DNA of 64,000 bases from Azolla caroliniana (taxonomy: Eukaryota > Plantae > Polypodiophyta), in contig JBHGNT010000005.1 of assembly GCA_043228905.1 (NCBI GenBank), positions 6,944,001 to 7,008,000 of the forward strand, given 5' to 3'. A program made the position numbers and the translations under genes. Positions within the stretch are counted from its first letter, which is position 1; the number at the start of each line of letters is the position of its first letter. This document shows, one piece after another, positions 13,425 to 25,068 of this stretch. Under the pieces are notes generated by a model. That model did no database searches and had not been told where the DNA came from. It saw nothing but the letters and a program-made list of their open reading frames with translations.

Positions 13425-15311
13425 GCGATATCCGATCCGATTCGGAGCAAAGGTTCTCAATGAAAGGCAACGCAGGTATGCACAAGTCAAAAGAGAATTA
13501 TGGGGAGTTGTGTTAACAATCAAATCGGATCAAGATTATTTGATCGGAGTTGAAGTAGTGATCGAAACGGATTGTCTTCCGTTACTCGGGATGATGCGGT
13601 GTTGTACTATACCAGATGTGGCTATGTTAAGGTGGATTGCATATGTTAAGTCACTTAATCTGGAGGTATAACACATCTCCGGAAAAGACAACGCGATAGC
13701 AGATATGCTATCAAGGGCACGGTTTGGAGACGACATAACCGAATCCGATAATGAAGAAGTTTCCGAAGACTACTTTGCTTCGGAGCACATATGCCGGGTG
13801 AATGTAATCCGAGAATTCCGGGAAGAAGAATACGAGGGAGAAAGCTTGTTGATCGGGAAATTGCTACAAGAAATCGAGGAATCATCGGACAATAAAGAGA
13901 AGAGAGCCAAGATCTGAAGTAAGAAGCGGCAATTCCGAAAGTTCTTCTTGAAAAATGGATTAATATGGAGGGAGCCAAAAAGACCGGAGGGCATACCACT
14001 TCGAGTAGTCGGGACAAAAGAGCAACGAAACCAGATAATGTCCGAATTTCACGAATCCAATTAGGCTGGACATCGGGGAATATGGGCAACATTTGTGAAG
14101 ATCAAGTAAAGATATTGGTGGAAGAATATGTACAAAGATGTCGCAGAGTTCACGGAAAGCTGTGAGAAATGCCAAGTCTACTCCGGGATTCGACACCGAG
14201 ATGAGTTACATCCAACATTCTCACTGACAATCAACTTCAAATGGATGGTTGACATTGTAGCCATGCCAACCGGGATCGGACAAAAGAAGTACTTGGTGTT
14301 AGCTCGAGAAGATCTCACAAACCAAGTAGAAGGTCAAGCGCTACAGAGGAAAACGTGTTCTACGGTATGCCAATTTCTTTTGGAAGAAGTGTTTTGTAGG
14401 TACGGGTGCGTAGGACAAGTGATTGCGGATCGGGGAGAACTCGACTCTGATAAAGCTAGGGAATTCTTCACCAAACATGGAGTTCGGTTAACACTAACAA
14501 TGGCATACAATCCGAAAGCCAACGGGAAGATCGAACGAGGACATAGTCCAATCGTCAAAGCACTTGCAAAAGCATGTGACGGAAGGGTGAAGGATTGGCC
14601 CCAGATGCTCCCGTATGCACTATGGGCGGATCATATGACGCATAGTTCCATGACCGGGTTTATGCTGGCTGAACTCATGACCGGACAAGCACTGGTAATG
14701 CCAACGGAAACCGCAATTGCGACATGGATAGTGATGTTGTGGAAGGAAGAGATGAGCCGAGAAAAACTACTAGCGGTCCGGATATGACAACTGGAGGGAA
14801 GACCGGAAGACATAGCGGAAGCAACACGCCGACAACAAGAAGCGCGATTCCGGAACAAAAGCCGATTCAACACAAAGCATCGACTACGACCGCGGAAGAT
14901 TGAAGAAAGAGATTGGGTGATTGTCTATGACAGTAGTCTAGATCATCAACATATAATGATATGAAAGTTCGCAAAAAGGTGGTTTGGGCCATATGAGGTT
15001 CGGAAAGTTTTCGACAACGGAACTTACTGACTATGCGAGTTGGATGGAATAGTACTACGGGTGCCTATAGCGTGGAAACGGGTGAAGATTTTCAAGAAAT
15101 GGACTGACGAAGAAACCTATGTATCCCTAGACAAGACCGACATCGAGGAGCAACCAAACAAAGATCGAGGTGATACGGAAAGCGAAGAAAGTGGACTACA
15201 ACTCATAGTCGACATAAGGGGAGAATCAGAGAGTGCTACGGATGAAGACGAATAACATGCATCGGGAACTTCGGCACATACCGGAGGATGTGCGGGTTCG
15301 GAGGCGGCGAG

Positions 15312-16038
15312 TATCGTAGTGTAGTCCGCACACTACGTGAAAAATGTAAAAATAATATATCCGATTTAAGTACATATATATAAATAAAAGAAAATATTAA
15401 AACATTTATTACATGCATAGGGCAAGATTCAAACCCTATACCTCCATGTAAATAAACTAGAACTTTACCATTGTATTAACTTATCATAAGTGTTATAAAT
15501 ATAGATTTAATAGGTATAAGACTTTTATTTATGCCTACCTTTATTAAAAGGTAAATCATGCATTTTTAGACTTGGGGAATACTTTATTTACAAGAAAAAT
15601 AAAAACCAATAAAAAAAATACTTGTGCACATCTAGCCTGCATGAGCACTATATTTAGGAAATAAAAGCATAGTGGAAAAAGCAACTCATGCACATTTAGT
15701 GTGCATGAACACTTTAGAAAAAGCATGAAGTTATGCTCAGCCTCTTCCATCCTTATATAAGGAGGAGAGAAAGATGTATGGGGGTTGTTGATTATTTTAC
15801 AAGGATTGATTAATAATAAAAATATTCGTGGGATTCACGAATTTGTCATCTAAATTGTCTCTTACTATCTAAATATTGATTAAATACACTAAACTCGTGG
15901 GATTCACGAGATTCATAACTTACCTCTCTTTCTACCTATTCATTACTAACCTTATCTGATATTCTTCTTTCTCCTAGTCCAAGACCTCAGTGATTCCCAC
16001 CCGATTCATTCAACGATCCGGAGCCGAAAGGCACGTCA
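15312..16038 (+). repeat. 3' LTR of element D (AT-rich)
   Basis: Follows the conserved pre-PPT hairpin and PPT; homologous in inverted orientation to 10910-11597. Confidence 0.8.
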
Positions 16039-16545
16039 ATTGGGAGTAATTACGAAGGGATTTTCGCAAAAACCTGACAAAACCAAGGAATGATCGAACT
16101 TCTCGAATATTCCGAAGAGTGGGCCAAAGCTTGATTTTCTCGATAGGAGAAGGATCAATTTCAACTCCTCATTCGGTTATGAGTGTCCAAGATAAGTAAT
16201 TGATTTCTTGAAGAGCTCACATTTTGAGATCTTCGCATAAAACTGTTTGTCACGCAATGTTTGTAAAACAAAGCAAACATGTTTATCATGTTCTTGTAAT
16301 GTACGACTATAAACTAAAATATCATCCAAGAAAATAATGAAAAAATTTCCAAGATGTTCTAGGAAAATGTCATTCATTTCTTGTTGAAATGTAACTGGAG
16401 CATTGGTCAAACCAAAAGGCATAACCAAAAACTCATAATGGCCATAGCATGTACGAAATGCCATTTTAGGAACATCCTCAGTTATACGAATTTGATGGTA
16501 GCTAGTATGGAGATCAAGTTTCATCAAATACCGAGCTCCCTGGAG
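16039..16545 (-). pseudogene. Chromovirus-type Ty3/Gypsy reverse transcriptase fragment
   Basis: KLDL..YHQIRI..AFRT.YGHYEFLVMPFGLTNAP..FLDDILVYS..KCE..YLGH..EVRSFLG. Confidence 0.85.
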
Positions 16546-16834
16546 ACGGTGTCGTATTGTTACACTCTCATGTGTGAAATGAGGCGGGACCGCGGGGGCC
16601 CTGAACCAAGGAGCGCGAGAAAGAAGAGGGAGAGCGATTCACAGAAACACAGAAAGAGAAGGGAACAGAGGATTCAATTAAAATGTCAACAACGATTACA
16701 ACCGGCAAACCGGCAACAGACCCAAAACGGAGGTCCCACGCACACACACACGGACAACACAGAGAACTCACGGAGGAGCCTCTGCTGGAAGAACACGGGC
16801 ATACACGCAGTAGAGGCAACCGGCACAGAAACGT

Positions 16835-17558
16835 TGTCATGAAGATTCCGGGCCATAGGTAGAAACAAGGTGAAACGCGCAGGAACACCGGTTTACGCAA
16901 GTGCACGCCTCGAGGGAATTAAATGGGGCAAGTACTAGGCATGAGTATAAGGAGGGGTACTAGGTAGTTAGAGCATAGACATCGCATAAGTAGGGAGAGT
17001 TACCAGGAGAGTAAATCAAGGGAGAGAATCTAGGACAAAGGTGACGGGTCATGAATGCTTGTAACGATCGCTCCTTGTGCTATAAAAGGGGCAACCTTTG
17101 ACTGTCTTGGGGGGGCCATCTGGAGAAAGAATACACAGAGAAAGACCGAGGACGGACCGCGGGAGAAGAGGCTTCCCCTTGCTCGTGTCAGACGCCCGAG
17201 TGCTCCCGACTTGGGGATCGACCTTCTGCGCACCGACGTCTCTTGGTACCTGGCTATTGGCCAAGCTCCGCGCTCCATCACCGGCTCTGATCCAGCTGTA
17301 ACCACTCACAGCACCGTGAACCCATGTTTTGGAATAGAACTCATTCTACCTAACATACTTCATTCTCAATGTCTTTGTCTGTGTTTGTGTCTACGCATGA
17401 CTTTCTTGCTCTCGCTCATTAACTAGACTTACCCGCTCTCCTATGGTCTCAAGACCTACACGGCCCCAAACTCCTCCCTCCTCGTTTTCCCGATTCTTTG
17501 GTTCGGGACCCCCGTGGTCCTGCCCGACTTCTACGCATCCACGAGGATATCCTCGACA
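16835..17558 (+). repeat. 5' LTR of element E
   Basis: TGTCATG...CTCGACA; direct repeat of 36578-37301. Confidence 0.93.
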
Positions 17559-17562
17559 TCTT

Positions 17563-17580
17563 TGGTGAACCCGACATGAA
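17563..17580 (+). promoter_or_regulatory. PBS (tRNA-Trp) of element E
   Basis: TGGTGAACCCGACATGAA, one mismatch to the family PBS. Confidence 0.85.
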
Positions 17581-17604
17581 AAAGGACGGCAAAGGAATCT
17601 GGGG

Positions 17605-19446
17605 ATGAGAGGAAGCAAACTTGCAGAAGCGATGGCGGTGGCGGTAGACCGCCTACTTAGTGCTCGCGAGGGCGCGAGTGCCCTCAACCAGGCTATAGAG
17701 GCAACAGTCGGCAAGATAGGCCGGTTTGGCGGAAAGGACGCCACGAGTTACTTAGAGGCCTACAAATTTGAAATGCAGATGAGGGACATACCCGAAGATA
17801 GACGGCTAGCGGGGTTTCCTCGGGTCGTAACACCACACATCCATACAGAGATGGTCGAGATACAAGCGGGTTGTCACGTTTGGGCGGAGTTCGCAAAGGA
17901 AGTTCTCGAGAGGTACAGCTATGATGATTCGCTCCGGCTATCGAGAAAGGATTTTATGGACTGGGTCAACAGCCCCGACAAGGGTCAGAACGCTTATGCG
18001 CTCCTTCGGGAGTTCGAGTCACGGTTCACACGACTCTCCAGGTTGGACCGAACCGTGCAAGGTTGGACCGAGACGAGCAAGGTTCTATTTTTTGTCACTT
18101 CGTTCGACTCACACGTCCGGGAAAGCGTGAGTCTTCTTCTGGAAACCAACTGAGGCCTCACAACTGACTGGGTGACCATCAAGGAAGTATGCAGCAGGAT
18201 TGACAAACGTTGGGGCTGGAAAGAAAAGGGATCCTCGTCGGTTGGACCGACTGTCGAAATCAAGGCCGAACCAACGTGGACCCGAATCGAAGAAACGAGG
18301 AGGTGGTTCGAGCTAGGCCCACCCCCTACGAACATAGTCGCAGGACCTATAGGTGGCACCGGACTAGAAGAACTGACAAGGATGGTGTGCAACCTCTAGA
18401 TCGCCCAGGCCCAACGAAGTGACGAAGGTCAGCCATGCAACCGGCGACCACCGGCCAATCAGAGGTGCGTATGGTGCGACGCCACCGGACATGCCCAGAA
18501 AGAATTCGCTGACTTCGGAGAAGCGCTCAGGAGTAATGTAGTCTACCTTTCGAACGGCAAGGTACATGCGAGCGACACGCGAAGATTGCTCGACACGAAT
18601 TTCGGACGAGGTGGCCTGAAGAGGCTAATGGAAGAAGCCGCGGCTCGGCACGTCGAAGCCATCCACTATTCAGCTTCGGCTGGCATACGCGTAGGGGAGA
18701 AGACGACCAAACCCAATTCCAAATCTGGGTTCTAGCCGGTCGTTCTCGACACCTTGTCCGGAGGAAGGCTGTAGAAGGAGGAAGCGGAGCACGCAGAAGA
18801 ATGTGTTCGCGAAGTTACCGAGTGGAGCGACCCTGTTGAAGAAAGTACCGGCTTTGTGGAGGCCGCGTGCAGAAACTACGAAGCCCTGATCGACGAAAGG
18901 CGAGCGGGAAAAACCGGGGGAGTGGGCCCATCAAGGAGGCAGGACACACAAAGCGCAACCAAAAAGCACGATGGCGCTCCGACCGGATCCTAGGAGAAGG
19001 AGAAGGGCAGGATTTCGAGCATCTGCTTAAGCTCAGAGATAGAGAAAACAACGAACCTACAAAAGGTTCTAGAGGAGCGAGTTCTTGACAGTCACATAGA
19101 ACTCACGCTTAGGAAAGTGCTCGGCATAGCAAGAAGGGAGTTCCACGACAATATCGTGGACCTCGTGAAGAGGAAGCGTCTCACAACAGAACCAGAGCCC
19201 GAGAAGCCAGTGGAGGTAAGGTCGGCACTCCTCGATGAGATAGCCGCGGAAGACGAGCTCGTGGAGAGCCACTACGCCAAACCGCACTGGGCAAGAGCTA
19301 CTACAGAAACCCCGGTTCGTATCGGGAGTGTCAAGGAACCAATGGTGGCGTTAATCGACCACAGATCAGAAATTAACCTGATGTCCATGGACTTCTACAA
19401 AAAGGGGAATTGGCTGATCAATACCAAACATGGGTGGAAGATACGC
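17605..19446 (+). pseudogene. gag: gag-protease ORF of element E (interrupted, with stops)
   Basis: Collinear with the element A ORF1; knuckle CVWCDATGHAQKEF; protease LIDHRSEINLM. Confidence 0.85.
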
Positions 19447-20231
19447 TATCGTGAAGAATTTCGGCCATAGGCGAAAACCGGGAAACATTGGATACATCGG
19501 CGGGGTGTAGCGTATGTACGCACCCATGTACATTTAGTGTGAATATCGAGGGCGCCTTTATGGCGCCGAAGAGTAGTCAAGTCAGGACAGACGATCCCAT
19601 GAAAGTCGTGATTTGTCCCACATTGTAACGCATCCCTCTCCTTGTTCTATAAAAGGGAGGGAACGCCCTTTGTAAAAGGGTTGCCCATTTTGCATTAGAG
19701 GGTATACCGGTAGGTTTAGGGTTAGGTTTCTTCTGCTTCTTCTTCCTCCCCTTCGTGTTCGTTTAGGGTTTGCTTCAGCTCATCTCCTGCGCAAGACCCC
19801 GCTCGGCGCGACGAGCCCGTGAGCTCCCCGACGGCGGCTTGGCAGCAGACGACTACTATAACCTACCTCAGTCCGGCTCGAAGCCGGGAGTGTATTCTTC
19901 TTATATATATATACATATACGTTTGCGTCTGTCTGTGTATATTGGCATCTTGTTGGTGTCGGGTGCTCCCCTCCTTCCCTGCGTTTCCTATACATGAGGG
20001 CGTGTGTGCGTGTGTGTGTGTGTGTGTGCGTGTGTGTGTGTGTGTGCGCGCGTGAGTCAGTGTCAAGCACGCTCTCTCTCTCTCTCTCTCTCCCCTCGGC
20101 TGCTTCCGGTGCATTTCAGGGGGGTGCCCCAAAAACGGTGAAGTGCGACTTCCTACGCTCCGTCGCTCTCTAGTCCAAGACCCCCGTGGTCCCGCCTTTC
20201 TCCACGCACGCGCGTAACAACGCGACATCTT

Positions 20232-20249
20232 TGGTGAACCCGACGTGAA
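20232..20249 (+). promoter_or_regulatory. PBS (tRNA-Trp) of element C
   Basis: TGGTGAACCCGACGTGAA, 4 nt after the LTR. Confidence 0.88.
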
Positions 20250-20264
20250 AGGCGGCAAGGGAGG

Positions 20265-21563
20265 ATGGAGTCGGAAGACGACGACCTTGCGGAGATGGTG
20301 GCCGAAGTGGTGTTGGAGTCGGCACGAGTGGTGATGAGGCGAGAAGCAGCGCAACAACCGGTTGAGCGAGTGGTCGAAAGAGTCGGCCGTTTCAATGGGG
20401 ACAAAGTCCCACCTTACTTGGAAGCCTACAACGCGGAAATGGAAGAGCGTGGCGTAGACGAGGCGTTGAGGCTGGAGTTCTTTTGTCGGGTCGTGGCTGT
20501 CCGGATGCACGCAGAAATAAAGGAGCTCCGTGAGGCTCATAGTTCGTGGGAGGCCTTCGAAGAGGCGCTCCTGAAAGCATACGGAGGACGGCGGAAGAGC
20601 CGGGAACGGCACCACTTCGACCAGTGGGTAGCATCGGCAAAGACCCATCGAGGTGCGACAAAGGCGTTCCGGGAGTTCGAGCGACGACTTGCTCGGCTCC
20701 CATAGTAGGAACAAGGTTTGGTGGGGGCGGACAAAGTCCTTTTGTTCGTCAGGTCGATCGATCGAAAGGAACGGGAAGCCATCGGGATTGAGCTCGAAGA
20801 CGATGATGGGGCGAATGGGCTTACGAAGGACTGGTCGGAGGTCGGAAGGGTGTGCCAGCGGATAGACAAAGAGCGAGCCGAGAAGGCTAAGAGGAAGGTA
20901 CGTGACGGTGTGCCATCACAGCGGGAGGAGGCCGGAAGAGAATGGTACATCGGTACCACGGGAGAGGGGGCGGGACGAGCCACCCTCTCGACTTGCGGAG
21001 ATAGAACGGCCAAGGACGAGGCCGAGATACTGATCGCAGAACCGGAACGTTGGGACCAGCGGTTTCAGGCGTGTCAGCCCGAGATCCCGGTCATTGGAGA
21101 AGCAAGCCCAAACGGGGCTTGCGCGATCAGTAAGAAGACAACCGCCGACCACGAAGAGTCGATGGCTACAGACAAGGGCGTAAAACGGACGGGTGATTCT
21201 TTGTGTCTTCCCACATTTGCTCCAGAGACAATGGCAGTCGGGCCCGAAAACCCACGTGAGTCCCAAGCGGAGGAAGGCGGCGGCGGAGGGCCAAGAATCA
21301 CCAGCGAGACGATACGGGGAAGGAGCGGACGAAAGCCCACGGACCCGATTCCAGAGAACTCGGCATTCGGGACCGTATGCCCATGTCAGACCGAGGAGAT
21401 GGATGGCGGTACCGAGGAGTCCTGGCACGATGCTAGTGAAGTCGGATGGGAAACGGCCTGCGAGGAGGCCGAGGACGAACACGGCACGAGAAGATCGGCA
21501 TTCCGAAACGGGTGGAGCGTAATCCGGTCGTGGATCGTTCGATCGGGGCCGGAGTCGGCATGA
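20265..21563 (+). pseudogene. gag: Divergent gag (capsid-like) ORF with an acidic, low-complexity tail
   Basis: VGRFNGDKVPPYLEAYNAEM..FREFERRLARL..VLLFVRSID..GLTKDWSEV aligns with A/E gag; in-frame TAG TAG at 20703-20708. Confidence 0.75.
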
Positions 21564-23554
21564 AAGTGTCTATACGGAAGGGGGTGCGGGACGAGCCGCC
21601 CTCTTTTACATGGGGAGAAAGACCGACCGGCCGAAGGTCGAGATTTGGAAAGGGTATGAAAGCCAGTCCTATGCGATTCCTTACACCGATCCGGAGACCT
21701 CGGCAGTTCGGCCAACGTGGCAACATGAGACCGAGGGAAAAGGTCGGTGGCGACAGGAGAACGGGACTCGGCAATCCGGAGAAGGACGAACGGACCCGGA
21801 CGAGAACCGGGCGGAGCGGACTCCTGGGTGACCATTCCGGGAGGGAGGAAGAGATCAGGCCTACGAAGAGGCCGAGGACACGGTACGTCGGTACCACGGG
21901 AGAGGGTGCGAAGTAAACCGCCCTCTCGGCATGCGGAAAAGGACGACCCGGGACAGGGTCAAGAAGGCGACGAACGCCTACGGAGGATCCTTCACACCGG
22001 TTCTAGAGACTTCGGCAGTCGGCAACGTGGTCGACGTAAGACCAAGATACTGACGGTGGCGGCGAGGTGACAAAGGCAATGGGCGTAAGGAAGTCCAGTC
22101 CTACGGGATCCCCACACTTAACTAGAGACTCTGGCAGTTCGGCCAACGTGGCAACATGAGACCGAGAGAGAAGGTTGGTGGTGGCGGGAAACGGGACCCG
22201 CCTACGCGGAAGACACGAGGAGAGTCCGGGAGGGACTCAAACAAAAGACACCCAAATTTCGGCAAGCATAGAAACGGAGTCCGGTCCTATGAGACCCTCA
22301 CACTGATCCGGAGACTTCGGCAGTTCGGCCAACGTGGCAACGTGAGACCGAGGGAGAAGGACGGTGGCGGCAGGGAACGGGAGCTGACGACACGAGGTAT
22401 CGGAAGGAGCCGATAGGGGTGAACACGGGGAGGTGTGTCAGGCCGGAAAGGCACACCTTGGACAGAACAAGAGTCTCGCGAGTGGCCATCACGGGCCAGA
22501 TCGAAGCGTGACTACGGGACGGTGTTCGGCGCGGGCGAGGCCGAACGAAGGAAGCGGAAGACGGCACAAGGGAGGTGCCGAGAACGAGTTGACAAGTGCC
22601 TAGTGGACTACACAGGGTTGGAGTCAGGATGGCAAGAGAGGCCGGAGGAGGATCCTCCACACTCGCTTCGTAGATCTCGGTAGCTTTGTCGAAGTAATGA
22701 AGACTGACATGGCAAGCTGGGGTGACAAGCTGGTGGGGGCAAGGGGACGACGGCAAGCAGAAGACTCAGGACCTGTTGCAGCAGCACGAAGACGGAAGGG
22801 CCAATCGGGCTACTACGGGGTGTTCCTCGGATGTAAAGGACACCGGTATGCGGGTGAACAGCGATGCACGATCTGGCCGGAAAGGGGCCGAAGAGGAGTG
22901 CAACACGGGCAGTGCCAAACAACAGACGAGGGTATGTGGCACACGGAGGTGCCGGAGCGGGAAGGCGAGCGCGGAGAAGGCCGGAAAGGGATCCTCCACA
23001 CCGTTCCGGAGACCACGGCGGATCGAGCCGACGCGACAATGTAAGACCGTGGAGAAGGAAGGTGGCGGCAGAAGGACGAAGGCGACGCGAAACACCATCG
23101 GGACATCACGATCCGACAACAGAGGCCAAGCGGGTTGCCACGGGCATTCCTCAAGCGGAGGACATCGGGCATACGGCGGGAAGCGGGGCGTTCATACGGC
23201 CGAACAAGGGCCAACGGAAGAACGCGTGCTACGGAGATCGCGGCAGAGGACCCGTCGACGGGTCGAACGAGCCTATGGGGAGGCGAGCGCGAAGGAAGAC
23301 TCGAAGCCGCCGGATCAAACCGACAGCGAGCCGAGATGCGGATCACGGGAGACCGGTTTCTCACCGGCCGAAATCTCTCACCCTTCAACCAGATTGGCAC
23401 ATACCAGTGGACGTGCAGTTAGGTGGGGGCGGATGTCGTGAAGAATTTCGGCCATAGGTGAAAACCGGGAAACATTGGCTACATCGGCGGGGTGCAGCGT
23501 GTGTACGCACCCATGTACATTTAGTGTGAATATCGAGGGCATACAAAAGGTTCT

Positions 23555-23966
23555 AGAGATAGAGAAAACAACGAACCTACAAAAGGTTCTAGAGGAGCGA
23601 GTTCTCGACAGTCACATAGAACTCACGCTTAGGAAAGTGCTCGGCATAGCAAGAAGGGAGTTCCACGACAATATCGTGGACCTTGTGAAGAGGAAGCGTC
23701 TCACAACAGAACCAGAGCCCGAGGAGCCAGTGGAGGTAAGGTCGGCACTCCTCGATGAGATAGCCGCGGAAGACGAGCTCGTGGAGAGCCACTACGCCAA
23801 ACCGCACTGGGCAAGAGCTACTACAAAAACCCCAGTTCGTATCGGGAGTGTCAAGGAACCAATGGTGGCGTTAATCGACCACAGATCAAAAATTAACCTG
23901 ATGTCCATGGACTTCTACAAAAAGGGGAATTGGCTGATCAATACCAAACATGGGTGGAAGATACGC
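23555..23966 (+). repeat. Duplicated copy of host segment 19035-19446
   Basis: Near-identical sequence and translation (LGIARREFHDNIVDLVKRK...WKIR). Confidence 0.92.
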
Positions 23967-24601
23967 TGTCGTGAAGAATTTCGGCCATAGGCGAAAACCG
24001 GGAAACATTGGATACATCGGCGGGGTGTAGCGTGTGTACGCACCCATGTACATTTAGTGTGAATATCGAGGGCGCCTTTATGGCACCGAAGAGTAGTCAA
24101 GTCGGGACAGACGATCCCATGAAAGTCGTGATTTGTCCCACATTGTAACGCATCCCTCTCCTTGTTCTATAAAAGGGAGGGAACGCCCTTTGTAAAAGGG
24201 TTGCCCATTTTGCATTAGAGGGTATACCGGTAGGTTTAGGGTTAGGTTTCTTCTGCTTCTTCTTCTTCCCCTTCGTGTTCGTTTAGGGTTTGCTTCAGCT
24301 CATCTCCTGCGCAAGACCCCGCTCGGCGCGACGAGCCCGTGAGCTCCCCGACGGCGGCTTGGCAGCAGACGACTACTATAACCTACCTCAGTCCGGCTCG
24401 AAGCCGGGAGTGTATTCTTCTTATATATATATACATATATGTTTGCGTCTGTCTGTGTATATTGGCGTCTTGTTGGTGTCGGGTGCTCCCCTCCTTCCCT
24501 GCATTTCCTGTACATGAGGGCGTGTGTGTGCGTGTGTGTGCGTGTGTGTGTGTGCTTGTGTGTGTGTGTGTGTGTGCGCGTGCGTGAGTCGGTGTCAAGC
24601 A

Positions 24602-24644
<43 letters not shown>

Positions 24645-25068
24645 CTCGGCTGCTTCTGGTGCGTTTCAGGGGGGTGCCCCAGAAACGGTGAAGTGCGACT
24701 TCCTACGCTCCGTCACTCCCTAGTCCAAGACCCCCGTGGTCCCGCCTTTCTCCACGCACGCGCGTAACAACACGACAACGTGTGGATACAAGAGCCACAG
24801 AAGAGTTACACAGGGCTTGCCCAAACGTCAGGGTGAGCGTCGGGGACGTCGACATAAACCAACACTTTTTTGTGCAAGAGACGTCCTCTCACCCGGTCAT
24901 CCTTGGGGAACCATACATCACGGCGGCTAGAATGGAAACGAAAGTGTTGGACAATGGTTCAACCTACGCAAGGGTAAAAAGTTCGGATGGCCGTCACTCC
25001 GTTCAATTTTTAACAGTTCGTAGGAACCACGAACGAAATTGGGACACCCTCGGAAATGATAACAAGCT

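Larger units (their letters stand above)
11598..16038 (+). mobile_element. Ty3/Gypsy family D, decayed pol + 3' LTR
   Basis: Protease remnant, RT (FLDDILMKG), RNase H (TVDTSPTGIG), integrase (WMVDIV, ADRGEL, KIERGH); PPT ~15298-15311; LTR 15312-16038; internal deletions. Confidence 0.9.
19447..24777 (+). mobile_element. Element C: non-autonomous gag-only LTR retrotransposon with a rearranged 3' end
   Basis: LTRs at 19447-20227, 23434-23540 (partial) and 23967-24777; PBS 20232-20249; gag-like ORF 20265-21563; no PR/RT/IN motifs; PPT before 23434; TSD ACGC/ACGT. Confidence 0.85.

Noticed and set aside
19863-23457. Many long overlapping ORFs on both strands (possible env or antisense genes)
   Set aside because: GC-rich, stop-poor sequence; no TM segment or domain motif; not consistent between frames
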